A DNA stretch of 64,000 nt from Alphaproteobacteria bacterium (lineage in GTDB: Bacteria > Pseudomonadota > Alphaproteobacteria > Rs-D84): NCBI GenBank assembly GCA_015062485.1, contig SUUO01000001.1, positions 1,691 through 65,690 of the forward strand, written 5' to 3'. The translations under genes were made by a program, and so were the position numbers. Under the pieces are notes generated by a model. That model saw only the letters and a program-made list of their open reading frames with translations, was not told where the DNA came from and did not search any database. Below, piece by piece: positions 1-9,334 of this stretch. Position 1 is the stretch's first letter, and the number at the start of each line of letters is the position of its first letter.

Positions 1-1182
1 GTTCTGATTCTTGTTATAGAATTCGAATACCTGTTTTGGATCTGGATAGCGTGCGGCCTCGGCCCAGATGGCCTGTTGCAGGTCATCACGTGTGACCTCT
101 ACCTTGTTCTGGGTGCCCCATTCCGCCAATATCAAGCCTAATTTAACACGGCGTTCGGCGTCTTTGTGTTCTTGTTTTTCATCCCATTTGTGGTCGCATT
201 TTTCATCGTGACAATGGGAATGCTGATGTTCAAATTCAGATTTTGCCATATTGTATTCTTGTTCAACCAATGTTTCCGGCAAATCCAATTTGACTTTATC
301 CGCCAGGGCGTCCAGCAATTCGTTACGCATATCGCGTTTGGCCGCTTCGTCATACTGTTCGTTGATGATTTTGCGGATGTGTTCACGCAAAGCCTCGACA
401 GATTCTTGGCCGACCTGTTTTGCCAAATCATCATTCAATTCCGGCAAGATATGTTTACGGATTTCGTGGATTTTTACCGCGAAACGTGCGTCTTTGCCCG
501 CCAAGTTTTCAGCGTGATAGTTTTCTGGGAATTTGACATTTACATCAAATTCATCGCCAACCTTGTGACCAATAATTTGATCTTCAAATCCCGGGATGAA
601 CGAACCAGAGCCCAAAATCAAGTGATGCTTTGTTGCTGCGCCACCTTCGAATGCTTCGTCTCCAATAAAGCCAGTAAAGTCGATAACAGCGGTGTCACCG
701 TCGGTGGCCTTGTATTTTGCATCCTGTTTTTCGGCCGTGCTGCGAGATTTGCGAATGTTTTCCAGTGCGGTTTCGACTTCTTTCTCGTCCAGTTTTGCGA
801 CCTTCTTGGTTACGGTGATTTTTTCCAAATCAATCGCCGGCAAAGTTGGCAAAATATCGAATTCCATTGAATATTCGGCATCTTGACCAACGGTCCAGCC
901 CGACAGGTCAACCTTTGGCGCGCCGGCCAGGCGGATTTTCTTGTCTGCGACATACGTTTCCAGGTCACGGTTCATCAATTTATCGATTGCCTCGCCGTAT
1001 GCGGATGCATTGTATTTCTGGCGCAAGATGTTTAATGGAACCTTGCCCGTGCGGAATCCCGGCATTTTAACCTTTTTACCGTATTCCAACAGAATTTCAT
1101 CGGCCGATTTCTGCAATTCGTCCGCAGAAATTACGCCATTTACAGAATAATGTAAATCTTTGATTTTTTCTTTTTTGAACAT
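1..1182 (-). CDS. tig: trigger factor, C-terminus cut by window edge
   Basis: The minus frame is open from base 1 to the ATG at 1182-1180. Translation MFKKEKIKDLHYSV...MPGFRTGKVP...GSFIPGFEDQIIGHKVGDEF carries the GFRxGxxP ribosome-binding signature and an FKBP-like PPIase core. It is absent from the ORF track because no stop lies in the window. Confidence 0.9.
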   Translation of the reverse strand, partial: MFKKEKIKDLHYSVNGVISADELQKSADEILLEYGKKVKMPGFRTGKVPLNILRQKYNASAYGEAIDKLMNRDLETYVADKKIRLAGAPKVDLSGWTVGQDAEYSMEFDILPTLPAIDLEKITVTKKVAKLDEKEVETALENIRKSRSTAEKQDAKYKATDGDTAVIDFTGFIGDEAFEGGAATKHHLILGSGSFIPGFEDQIIGHKVGDEFDVNVKFPENYHAENLAGKDARFAVKIHEIRKHILPELNDDLAKQVGQESVEALREHIRKIINEQYDEAAKRDMRNELLDALADKVKLDLPETLVEQEYNMAKSEFEHQHSHCHDEKCDHKWDEKQEHKDAERRVKLGLILAEWGTQNKVEVTRDDLQQAIWAEAARYPDPKQVFEFYNKNQN

Positions 1183-1248
1183 ATGTTTTCCCCTAATTAA
1201 TTAGAATTGCCAGGTGATTATACACTGTTTTTATATGAAAGCAATAAT

Positions 1249-1278
1249 AAAAAAATCCCGCCGAAGCGGGAATTTTTG
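1249..1278 (-). terminator. intrinsic terminator after rpsI
   Basis: A-run, stem TCCCGC / loop CGAA / GCGGGA, then a T-run. It reads as hairpin plus U-tract on the minus strand. Confidence 0.75.
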
Positions 1279-1291
1279 TTCTGGAAACGTA

Positions 1292-1777
1292 TTAACGTTT
1301 GCTGAACTGAGTAGAACGACGTGCCTTGCGGAAACCGTAGTGTTTACGTTCAACAACACGGCTGTCGCGGGTCAAGAATCCAGCAGCCTTTAATGTGGCA
1401 CGTAATTCTGGTTCTTTCTTTTCCAGAGCCTTGGAAATACCGTGTTTAACGGCACCAGCCTGGCCGGATAAACCGCCACCTTCTACGAAGGCAACAATGT
1501 CGTATGCCGTTTCGCGATTTGTAACACCGAATGGCTGTGCAATAATCATCTGTAATACCGCACGACGGAAGTATTCCGCAGATGCCTTGCCGTTAACGAT
1601 GATGTTGCCCTTGCCCGGCATCAGATATACGCGTGCGACAGAGTCTTTGCGTTTGCCGGTTGCATATGTCGCGTCGTTTAATTTTGGTGCAACAACAGGT
1701 GCCTTCTTGGCAGTTGTTTTTGCCGTTGCAGCCTTCTTAGTTGTAGCTTTTGTGGCTGTCTTTTTTGCTTCTGCCAT
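1292..1777 (-). CDS. rpsI: 30S ribosomal protein S9 with Lys/Ala-rich N-terminal extension
   Basis: [14 protein letters not shown]...[19 protein letters not shown]...[18 protein letters not shown] is a typical S9. The first 30 aa or so are a KKxA-type low-complexity tail. Confidence 0.95.
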   Translation of the reverse strand: MAEAKKTATKATTKKAATAKTTAKKAPVVAPKLNDATYATGKRKDSVARVYLMPGKGNIIVNGKASAEYFRRAVLQMIIAQPFGVTNRETAYDIVAFVEGGGLSGQAGAVKHGISKALEKKEPELRATLKAAGFLTRDSRVVERKHYGFRKARRSTQFSKR

Positions 1778-2250
1778 TATTCGCCCCTTTTGTTTTTACG
1801 ATTTAATGATGCGAAATCAATAACGATTGGGTTCTGGGCCGCGTGTTTGTGTTCTGCGCCCGCATATACGTGCAGTTTTGTCAAACGTTTGTTTGCCAAT
1901 GCAACCGCCGTACGACGACCCATCATACGTTTTACCGCGTTTGTAACCAATTTTTCAGGTTTTTCTTCGCGCATCTGGCCCAGGGTACGTGATTTCAATG
2001 ACCCAGTCCACAAAGAATGCCAGAAGAAACGATCCTTGTCAGCCTTGTGGCCAGACAAAGCAACCTTGTCCGCGTTGATAATGATAACGTGGTCACCACA
2101 ATCCATATTTGGTGTCCAAGTTGGCTTGTTCTTGCCACGCAAGATGTTTGCGGTATATGCCGCTAAACGACCCAGCGTGCAATCAGTTGCGTCAATCAGA
2201 TACCATTTGGCATCTAATTCGCACTTTTTTAACGATTTTGTCGCTGCCAT
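1777..2250 (-). CDS. rplM: 50S ribosomal protein L13
   Basis: [47 protein letters not shown] is a typical L13. Its stop overlaps the rpsI start (TAATG). Confidence 0.95.
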   Translation of the reverse strand: MAATKSLKKCELDAKWYLIDATDCTLGRLAAYTANILRGKNKPTWTPNMDCGDHVIIINADKVALSGHKADKDRFFWHSLWTGSLKSRTLGQMREEKPEKLVTNAVKRMMGRRTAVALANKRLTKLHVYAGAEHKHAAQNPIVIDFASLNRKNKRGE

Positions 2251-2351
2251 TTTTGTTTTTCCCTTGTTTATTTTGTTATAGCGCGCATATTATGACGCAA
2301 CGCCCCAGAAATGTCAAGAAAAATCAATACGGTATTATTATACCACAGACT

Positions 2352-3035
2352 TTATCTTTTCTTTTGCAGCATACCATCAATTGTTGGGCGTATAACATCA
2401 AAGACCTGGTCTATGTTCATACGTGTGCCATCCGCACGCATTTCATCCACAACTGTCCACTGCCCCGGATTGCGCGACGCAATATGACGATAAACATTTG
2501 ATACGTCATACAACAACTGAAAATCAGACTCGTGAATATCAGGCTTGCCATTTTGGTATTCTTTCAGGCCGGTATTGCGCATTTCGTATGCCACACGCGG
2601 ATCCAGATACAAATATATATTATAATCTGGACGCAAAATGCCCATATTTGTAAATTCCAGGTCTTCTAGAAAGTTTATTTTTGAATCCCATTGTTCGCGT
2701 GATGTTTTCGCAATAGAAAAAGCGTTGCTGTATGTGTATCTGTCCAAGATTACCCAATTACCAGAATCCAGCCAACCTTTGATAAGTGGCATATGTTGTT
2801 GCCGGTCAAGCGCATATGGCAACATAGTATATTCGGCCGGTAAATCACGTGTCGCGCCAAATTTGCCATTCAAATAATCACGCGTAAGACGGCCAAAGAA
2901 TGCCTTGTACTGGGGGAAATCCAGTGTCTGCACCGGGATTCCAAGTGATTTTAAATAATTTACTATATTCATAACCTGGGTGTGTTTGCCGGCCTTGTCG
3001 GCCCCTTCGACGGCGATAAGTTTTCCAGATGGCAT
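2352..3035 (-). CDS. tmk: thymidylate kinase (eukaryote/archaeal-like type)
   Basis: P-loop LIAVEGADKAGKHTQ and a DRYTYSNAF (DRY) motif. The start was chosen at the internal ATG (MPSGK) preceded by AAGGA. Confidence 0.75.
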   Translation of the reverse strand: MPSGKLIAVEGADKAGKHTQVMNIVNYLKSLGIPVQTLDFPQYKAFFGRLTRDYLNGKFGATRDLPAEYTMLPYALDRQQHMPLIKGWLDSGNWVILDRYTYSNAFSIAKTSREQWDSKINFLEDLEFTNMGILRPDYNIYLYLDPRVAYEMRNTGLKEYQNGKPDIHESDFQLLYDVSNVYRHIASRNPGQWTVVDEMRADGTRMNIDQVFDVIRPTIDGMLQKKR

Positions 3036-3091
3036 ACGTTTTTCCTTTTGTTTTTGTTTATATAAAAAGACCCACAAAATGTGGGCCGGAT

Positions 3092-5176
3092 TTAATCTTC
3101 CAAGAAACTGCGCAATTTACGTGCACGTGTTGGATGTTTTAATTTATTCAACGCCTTTTGTTCAATCTGGCGGATACGTTCACGGGTAACACCGATGTAT
3201 TCACCGACCTCTTCCAGGGTGCTGGTTTTATTTGTCGACATACCAAAGCGTTGACGCAGAACTGTTTCTTCCTTGGGGTCCAGTTCCGACAGAATCTGGG
3301 TCACAATTTTACGCAGATTCTTTTGCGCGGCGGATGTAAACGGATTTTTCGCTGTTTCGTCCGCAATGATTTCGATACGTGAACTGTCATCCTCGGTGCC
3401 AACGGGCGCTTCGAGGGATATAGGTTTCAGGTTGACCTTCATCGCCTTGTGAATTTTATCCACCGGCAGATAGATAATCTTGGACAATTCTTCGGCGGTG
3501 GGCTGACGACCATATTTATGCATAAACTGGCGCGTGGCACGCTGAATCTTGTGAATATTATCAATCATATGAACCGGGATGCGGATTGTACGCGCCTGGT
3601 CGGCAATACTGCGCGAGATTCCCTGTTGAATCCAGTTGGTGGCATACGTAGAGAACTTGTTCCCCAAACGATAATCAAATTTATCAACCGCCTTCATCAA
3701 ACCAATGTTTCCATCCTGGACCAGGTCCGAGAAATCCAATCCCAGACCACGATTACTGGACTTTTTCGCAAATTTAATAACCAGACGCAGGTTGGCCTCT
3801 ATCATTTCGCGCTTGGCACGGGCGGCCTCGGCCTGGCCACGACGAACCAATTCAACAACCTTTTTATATTCTGTTGTTGGTTGGCCGGTTTCGGTTGCAA
3901 TTGCGGTGATGTCTTCTTGAATCTTCAAGATATCTTTTTCGTGCTTTTTGGCAAAATTAGACCATACTGCATTTTTATGCTTGGCCAACTTTTTAACCCA
4001 GTTGCGATTTAATTCATTGCCAGCATATTCAGCCAAGAAATCTTCGCGCTTAACCTTGTTAGCCATCGCCAGGCGTAACAATTTACCTTCCAGTCCCATC
4101 AACAACTGGTCACGTTTGGTTAATTGTTCCAGGATTTCGGCAACACGGTCATCATTCAGGCGAATCTTGCTGACGTGTTCGAACAATTCCAGGCGCATTT
4201 TGTTATATTTCTTTTCCAGGGCCGCGTCCGGCGTATCGGATATCAACAGATTTTCAAGACGTTTTGCCTGTAATTTTTGCATACTGTTAAAGATGCGCTT
4301 TATCTTGGCAAATAATTCCGTCACCATTGGCATCAGCGCTTCTTCCATCACAGGGATTGGAACGCCAGATGTGCTGCGCGGGGTATCTTCTTTTTTGATA
4401 CCATCTTCTTCATCATCCAGCTCTTCCTCATCTTCTTCGTCAACGGTGGCATCTGCCAAATCGTCCAGGTCATCATCGTCCAATTCATCAACGTGCTCGA
4501 CCCCCTTGGATTTTAAGGCCTCGGACAATGCCGCCAGGGATTTTTGTTCAGATTCACTGGAATACATTACTTCCAGGTTAACGATATAGCGCAGGCGAAT
4601 ATCTTCGTTTAACAACTGTTGATACCAATCAAGCATAGCCTGGATTGTCATTGGGCTTTCACACAGACCATAGACCATCAAGCGGGACGCCGCCTCTATA
4701 CGTTGGGCAATTGCAACCTCTCCGGCGGCGGTCAGTAATTGGACCGTGCCAATTTGCTTTAAATACGATTGGACAGAATCCTGGACCCCCAGTACCAGCG
4801 AGCCAGTCTGACTGCGTTCTAACTGTTTTGCGTAATGTTCATAGTCATCATCACTGACGTCAACCTGTTCGGCGTCGGCATTTAACAGATTACGTGTTTT
4901 ATCACGTGGTTCATCTGAATCATCGTCGTCATAGTATTTGCCCAAATCGCGTGCATATGTGTCTGATTCCAAGACCTCTAGCCCCAAATCCTGTTGAAAG
5001 AAATCCAAGACTTCGTCTTGTTCTTCGTCTGGGACCTCGTCAGCGGCGGTGGCGTTGGCAAAATCCATCTGGGACATATATCCAACCTCAATCGCGGATT
5101 CAGCCAATTTTTGCAAGTTTTCTGGCAAAGACTCGATTAAAAGTCTTGTTGCGTCGTCCAGTTTTTTTACCATCAA
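3092..5176 (-). CDS. rpoD: RNA polymerase primary sigma factor
   Basis: Acidic spacer region, then the conserved regions 2-4 (LRLVIKFAKK..., DLVQDGNIGLMKAVDKFDY, TLEEVGEYIGVTRERIRQIEQKAL). Confidence 0.95.
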   Translation of the reverse strand: MMVKKLDDATRLLIESLPENLQKLAESAIEVGYMSQMDFANATAADEVPDEEQDEVLDFFQQDLGLEVLESDTYARDLGKYYDDDDSDEPRDKTRNLLNADAEQVDVSDDDYEHYAKQLERSQTGSLVLGVQDSVQSYLKQIGTVQLLTAAGEVAIAQRIEAASRLMVYGLCESPMTIQAMLDWYQQLLNEDIRLRYIVNLEVMYSSESEQKSLAALSEALKSKGVEHVDELDDDDLDDLADATVDEEDEEELDDEEDGIKKEDTPRSTSGVPIPVMEEALMPMVTELFAKIKRIFNSMQKLQAKRLENLLISDTPDAALEKKYNKMRLELFEHVSKIRLNDDRVAEILEQLTKRDQLLMGLEGKLLRLAMANKVKREDFLAEYAGNELNRNWVKKLAKHKNAVWSNFAKKHEKDILKIQEDITAIATETGQPTTEYKKVVELVRRGQAEAARAKREMIEANLRLVIKFAKKSSNRGLGLDFSDLVQDGNIGLMKAVDKFDYRLGNKFSTYATNWIQQGISRSIADQARTIRIPVHMIDNIHKIQRATRQFMHKYGRQPTAEELSKIIYLPVDKIHKAMKVNLKPISLEAPVGTEDDSSRIEIIADETAKNPFTSAAQKNLRKIVTQILSELDPKEETVLRQRFGMSTNKTSTLEEVGEYIGVTRERIRQIEQKALNKLKHPTRARKLRSFLED

Positions 5177-5209
5177 TTAACCTTTGCGTGTGTTAATGGG
5201 TTGATTTTA

Positions 5210-5761
5210 TTATTTTTTCTTCTTTTTTGCGGGTTTGCTGGCAGCTTTTTGCGCCTTGGCCACGGCATCGTGAATCGCAGATTCAGAAACCAAACCCAAT
5301 ACAATCGGACTCTGAATTTGAATCAAAGAATATGAATTGTGTGTTTTGTTACGAACAGATGCAACCGTTGGGTTTGTACTGCGCATCAGGCGTGCAACCT
5401 GGCCGTCTGATAATTCTGGATAATTTTTCAAAATCCACAAAATTCCACCCAAACGATTTTGACGATGTAATTTTGGTGTATAGCCAACACCGCGCTTGTT
5501 CTGTTTGTTCTGGGCGGCAACAATTTCATCACGCAATGTCAGGCGCGCGGACGCATCCGCCTCGCACTTTTCGATATCTTCGCGTGTTAATTGACCACTT
5601 AAAATTGGGTTTAATGGTTGAATTTTATATGTTTCTGCATCGGCAATACTTTTAACCTCAAGTTCGTGCAGACCGCAGAAATCCGCAATTTGTTCAAATG
5701 TCAATGCTGTATTTTCAATTAACCACAGGGCGGTCGATTTTGGCATATATGGATAGTTCAT
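5210..5761 (-). CDS. DUF1013-family protein (TrcR-like, alphaproteobacterial)
   Basis: MPKSTALWLIENTALTFEQIADFCGLHELEV... resembles the DUF1013 family as I remember it. The tail is Lys-rich. Confidence 0.6.
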   Translation of the reverse strand: MNYPYMPKSTALWLIENTALTFEQIADFCGLHELEVKSIADAETYKIQPLNPILSGQLTREDIEKCEADASARLTLRDEIVAAQNKQNKRGVGYTPKLHRQNRLGGILWILKNYPELSDGQVARLMRSTNPTVASVRNKTHNSYSLIQIQSPIVLGLVSESAIHDAVAKAQKAASKPAKKKKK

Positions 5762-5850
5762 GGAAAATTCCTCTTGTAATTACGCGGGGTAATATACACC
5801 AATATTACCCCAATTTCAACCGATTTTTATTATTTTTTTATTTTGGCAAT

Positions 5851-7269
5851 TTATGCCTTTTTGACGATTTTGTAACCGTCCTTGGAATCCAGAACCGTCC
5901 AACCCGCCGCATCAATTTCAGATCGCAACGCATCCGCGGTTGCCCAATCTTTGGATGCCTTGGCAGCTGCACGGGATTCGGCCAGCGCAACAATTTCAGC
6001 CGGCGCCGTTTCCGATTCCAATGCAATCAGTTTCTTTGCGCGATCAATAAACTGGGCCCCCAACAGGCGGTCAATAAATTCAAACAGCGCAATCTTGGTC
6101 GCCGGATTTACGGTTGCATCCTTTAACAATTCTTGGACAACAACCAGCGATTCCGCCGTTTTAAAGTTATCAGATGCCGGTGCCAGAATTTTATCGTGCC
6201 ACGCGTCATACACCGCACCATCAACGTCACCACGCGCCGTATCCGACAGAATATCTGCGACACGACGAACGATATTTTTGTATCCATTTGCCGCCGCATC
6301 CAAGGATTCAAATGAAAATTCTAATGGCTGGCGATAGTGCCCCTGTAACAACAGATATCTGAACGCCATTGGATCATAGCCACGCTCTATAAGATTGCGA
6401 ACCGTATACGCCGTACCCGCCGATTTTGACATTTTGCCATCTTTTAGCAACAGCCACGCATAATGCACCCAATATGACACCCACGGATTGCCGACAATTG
6501 GTTCCGCCTGGGCAATTTCATTTGTATGATGAACCTTGGTATGTTCTTGGCCGCCGGTATGAATATCAAAATGAGCCCCCAGGTATTTCATACTCATCGC
6601 GCTGCATTCGATATGCCAGCCCGGGAATCCGACACCCCAGGGACTGTCCCATTCCATTGCGCGCTTGGCATCGGTTGGGGAAAATTTCCATAATGCAAAG
6701 TCGGTTGGATTACGCTTGCCGGTATCATCAATACGTGCCCCACCCCGTAATTCCGATAAATTTTGTCCCCCCAATGCGCCATAGGCCGCAAAACGTGACG
6801 TGTCATAATAAATTCCATTACCCGGAATTTCGTATGTATAGCCCATCTTTTCCAATTCCTGGACCAGGGCGATTTGTTCCGCGATATGGTCCGTTGCACG
6901 TGGCAAAAACGTCGGGCGAATAATATTCAACAGGTCTGCATCATTTAAAAACGCATCCGTGTACTTCTTTGCAATATCCCAAACAGACACATTTTCACGG
7001 GCGGCCCCCTTTTCCATTTTGTCGTCGCCGTCGTCTTCGTCACTGGTCAGGTGGCCAACGTCTGTGATATTTGTTACGTGTGTGACATCGTAACCGTTTT
7101 CAATAAACACACGCTTGATAATATCATTGTTAACAAATGTACGCATATTACCAATATGGGCATCCCAATAGACCGTTGGACCACACGAATAAAAGCCCAT
7201 CTTGCCTGGAACCAGCGGTTTAAATTCTTCTATTTTGCGACTCATCGTGTTATACAGTCTGATTGTCAT
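5851..7269 (-). CDS. cysS: cysteine--tRNA ligase
   Basis: Class I signatures HIGN and KMSKS (GKMSKSAG), in typical CysRS sequence context. Confidence 0.95.
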   Translation of the reverse strand: MTIRLYNTMSRKIEEFKPLVPGKMGFYSCGPTVYWDAHIGNMRTFVNNDIIKRVFIENGYDVTHVTNITDVGHLTSDEDDGDDKMEKGAARENVSVWDIAKKYTDAFLNDADLLNIIRPTFLPRATDHIAEQIALVQELEKMGYTYEIPGNGIYYDTSRFAAYGALGGQNLSELRGGARIDDTGKRNPTDFALWKFSPTDAKRAMEWDSPWGVGFPGWHIECSAMSMKYLGAHFDIHTGGQEHTKVHHTNEIAQAEPIVGNPWVSYWVHYAWLLLKDGKMSKSAGTAYTVRNLIERGYDPMAFRYLLLQGHYRQPLEFSFESLDAAANGYKNIVRRVADILSDTARGDVDGAVYDAWHDKILAPASDNFKTAESLVVVQELLKDATVNPATKIALFEFIDRLLGAQFIDRAKKLIALESETAPAEIVALAESRAAAKASKDWATADALRSEIDAAGWTVLDSKDGYKIVKKA

Positions 7270-7462
7270 ATGCGTTCTTCCTTTGTTAATTTTATGTGTA
7301 GAGTTTAGTAAACAGGTTATTTAAATGCAAACAAAATCAGTTTGCGAAAAATGCAACAGTTAACAACAACAGTAAAAGTTAATAAAGCGTATTGTCATAT
7401 CACCACGATTGTGGCACAGTAAATATAATAAAGTCAAGGCGATAAAGTTTATTTTTTCGTGC

Positions 7463-7491
7463 TTGCAATTATTTTTATGATTCTATATAAT
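7463..7491 (+). promoter_or_regulatory. sigma70-type promoter for tRNA-Ser
   Basis: TTGCAA (7463-7468), a 17-nt spacer, TATAAT (7486-7491). It lies about 18 nt upstream of the tRNA 5' end. Confidence 0.7.
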
Positions 7492-7508
7492 ACGCAACGC
7501 AACCACAC

Positions 7509-7596
7509 GGAGCGTTGGCAGAGTGGTAATGCAGCAGATTGCTAATCTGTGACCGGTATTATCGGTCCATAGGTTCGAGTCCTATACGCTCCGCCA
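7509..7596 (+). tRNA. tRNA-Ser(GCU), CCA encoded
   Basis: Manual cloverleaf: acceptor GGAGCGT/ACGCTCC, anticodon loop TTGCTAA, long variable arm GACCGGTATTATCGGTCC, T-loop TTCGAGT. Confidence 0.9.
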
Positions 7597-7603
7597 GGAA
7601 TTT

Positions 7604-7630
7604 AACCCGCCAAACGGCGGGTTTAGTTTT
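7604..7630 (+). terminator. intrinsic terminator after tRNA-Ser
   Basis: AACCCGCC-AAAC-GGCGGGTT hairpin followed by a T-rich run. Confidence 0.7.
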
Positions 7631-7650
7631 ACATTCTTGACAAAGGTATA

Positions 7651-8829
7651 ATGCCAGGTAAAAATAAAACTATGAAACAATATGACGTAATTATTATTGG
7701 TGCGGGGGCGGCGGGCCTGAGCGCGACGGGGGAACTGGTGACGCGTGGGAAACGTGTGTTGGTTCTGGATATGGGAAACACACCCGCGCGCAAGGTGGCC
7801 GTATCCGGTGGTGGCAAATGCAATATTACAAATATAGCCACCGATGTCACACGATACTTTGGTGAAAATCCAAACTTTGTACGTGGCGCGCTAAGTCGCG
7901 TTGGGCCGACCGACATCCTGCAATGGTGCGACAGGCACAAAATCAAACTGTACGAAAAAGAACCCGGCCGATATTTCTGTGCCGACGGCGCGGGCGTGGT
8001 GGTTGATGCGCTGATTCACGATGCAATGGGGGCGGACATAAAATATAATCACGCGGTGGAATCTGTGACACGGCGCGACGACCAATTTATTGTTGCCGCA
8101 AACGGCACCAAATTTTGTGCAAATTCTGTGATTGTTGCAACGGGCGGGACGTCTTTTGGGACGTTGGGGGTGTCTGACGTGGGGTATAAAATCGCCAAAT
8201 CATTTGGGCATAAAATTGTGCCGGTGCGCCCGGCCCTGTGCGCAATGGCGACGGAAATGTTTGGGACGGATTTTGCGGGAATTTCAATACCGGTCGAAAT
8301 TACGGTGGCCCGTGCGAAAATCCAAGACGATATGTTATTCACACACTTTGGTATCGGCGGACCGGCCGTCTATCGCGCCAGTGTTCGTGATTTATCGAAT
8401 GGCATAACAATCAATCTGTGTCCGGACGTGGATATGTTTGCCACACTTAAAAACGCAAAACAGAAAAACGGAAAACGCAACATATCAAGCATACTGTCCG
8501 AATATTTACCGGTACGTATTGCCAAATATTTTTCAAATAATGACGTGCGAAATATTGCAGATTGGCGCGATTCAGAAATTCGTGCAATTGCCGACCGTGT
8601 TAACAAAACACAAATTCAGTCGTCGGATATAAAATTATATAATACGCAAAGCGCAGAAATCGTTCGCGGTGGCGTATCAACCGAACACATTTCATCCAAG
8701 ACAATGGAATCAAAACTGTGCCCGGGGCTGTTCTTTGCGGGCGAAGTGTTGGATATATCAGGCGACTTGGGGGGATTCAACCTGCACTGGGCGTGGGCCA
8801 GTGGTCGTATCGCCGGCAGAAACGCATAA
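7651..8829 (+). CDS. HI0933/BaiN-like FAD-dependent flavoprotein
   Basis: N-terminal YDVIIIGAGAAGLSA Rossmann motif, an SGGGKCNITN motif, and C-terminal GGFNLHWAWASG. Confidence 0.8.
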   Translation: MPGKNKTMKQYDVIIIGAGAAGLSATGELVTRGKRVLVLDMGNTPARKVAVSGGGKCNITNIATDVTRYFGENPNFVRGALSRVGPTDILQWCDRHKIKLYEKEPGRYFCADGAGVVVDALIHDAMGADIKYNHAVESVTRRDDQFIVAANGTKFCANSVIVATGGTSFGTLGVSDVGYKIAKSFGHKIVPVRPALCAMATEMFGTDFAGISIPVEITVARAKIQDDMLFTHFGIGGPAVYRASVRDLSNGITINLCPDVDMFATLKNAKQKNGKRNISSILSEYLPVRIAKYFSNNDVRNIADWRDSEIRAIADRVNKTQIQSSDIKLYNTQSAEIVRGGVSTEHISSKTMESKLCPGLFFAGEVLDISGDLGGFNLHWAWASGRIAGRNA

Positions 8830-8857
8830 AAATCCCGCCGGATGGCGGGATTTTTTA
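8828..8857. terminator. A-run/hairpin/T-run bidirectional-type terminator
   Basis: AAAAATCCCGCC-GGAT-GGCGGGATTTTTT. Confidence 0.8.
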
Positions 8858-8904
8858 TGAGATATGAGACAAGAGATATGTGATATGAAGCACGAATACT
8901 TCGC

Positions 8905-9086
8905 TAAATAAAAGTTTATCGCAGGAAGTACAAACAGAATTTTTTGCAAAAAAAATTCTGTCATCCCGGTGCTTGACACCGGGACCCAGGTCATATTTCC
9001 TTTTTATTTGCTTTCACCTGGATTCCGTGGTCAAGCCACGGAATGACAAAAACGTAAAACGTTTTTATTAAATAAACTTTTATTTA
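8905..9086. repeat. nested palindromic MITE-like element, copy 1
   Basis: Outer inverted repeat TAAATAAAAGTTTAT (8905-8919) / ATAAACTTTTATTTA (9072-9086). Inner arms of about 33 bp lie at 8959-8993 and 9016-9048, each with its own hairpin (CCGGTG-CTTGA-CACCGG; CCGTGG-TCAAG-CCACGG). Confidence 0.6.
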
Positions 9087-9095
9087 TCTAAGTAA

Positions 9096-9124
9096 TTGCG
9101 TAAGGGGAAAGATTTAGTTATAAT
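9096..9124 (+). promoter_or_regulatory. sigma70-type promoter of Cys-rich cassette 1
   Basis: TTGCGT (9096-9101), 17 nt, TATAAT (9119-9124). The same architecture occurs at 25676-25704 and 50473-50501. Confidence 0.7.
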
Positions 9125-9130
9125 TGGTGT

Positions 9131-9334
9131 GTTATGGTGGTTTGCCATAATGGGGTGTGAGAACCCGTGCAACAAGCAACCGTACGCAAATATATTGTTG
9201 TGTGCCGTTGATTATAAAAACTCCTGATCTTTACTGTCAGGGGGGCTGTGAATATATTGAATAAACAGCACAATTCTTGTTGATTGTTCTCAACCTCCTG
9301 ACCACTCGAAAGTTTTCGGTGGTTTTTGTTTTTT
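9131..9334 (+). ncRNA. conserved structured leader / candidate riboregulator, copy 1
   Basis: Begins about 7 nt after the -10 box. Hairpins TTATGG..GCCATAA and GGGT..ACCC. CTCCTGA (9221-9227) or CCTCCTGA (9294-9301) can each pair with TCAGGGG (9237-9243). Terminator ACCACTCGAA..TTCGGTGGT plus a T-run at 9300-9334. The paralogue lies at 50508-50733. Confidence 0.55.

Noticed and set aside
166-870. 234-aa plus-strand ORF and neighbouring plus-strand ORFs (251-517, 692-886, 846-1070, 941-1150)
   Set aside because: They are antisense shadows. The minus strand over 1-1182 translates without a stop into a full-length, motif-bearing trigger factor, and the plus-strand products are Phe/Cys-rich nonsense.
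3948-4589. 213-aa plus-strand ORF with a poly-Ser run
   Set aside because: It lies antisense to the acidic (Asp/Glu-rich) spacer of rpoD. The Ser run is just the complement of the GAn codon repeats.
9238-9245. G6 tract as a slipped-strand phase-variation switch
   Set aside because: It is only six G residues, and the paralogous copy has GGAGGG at the same place. It is more simply one arm of the conserved helix.
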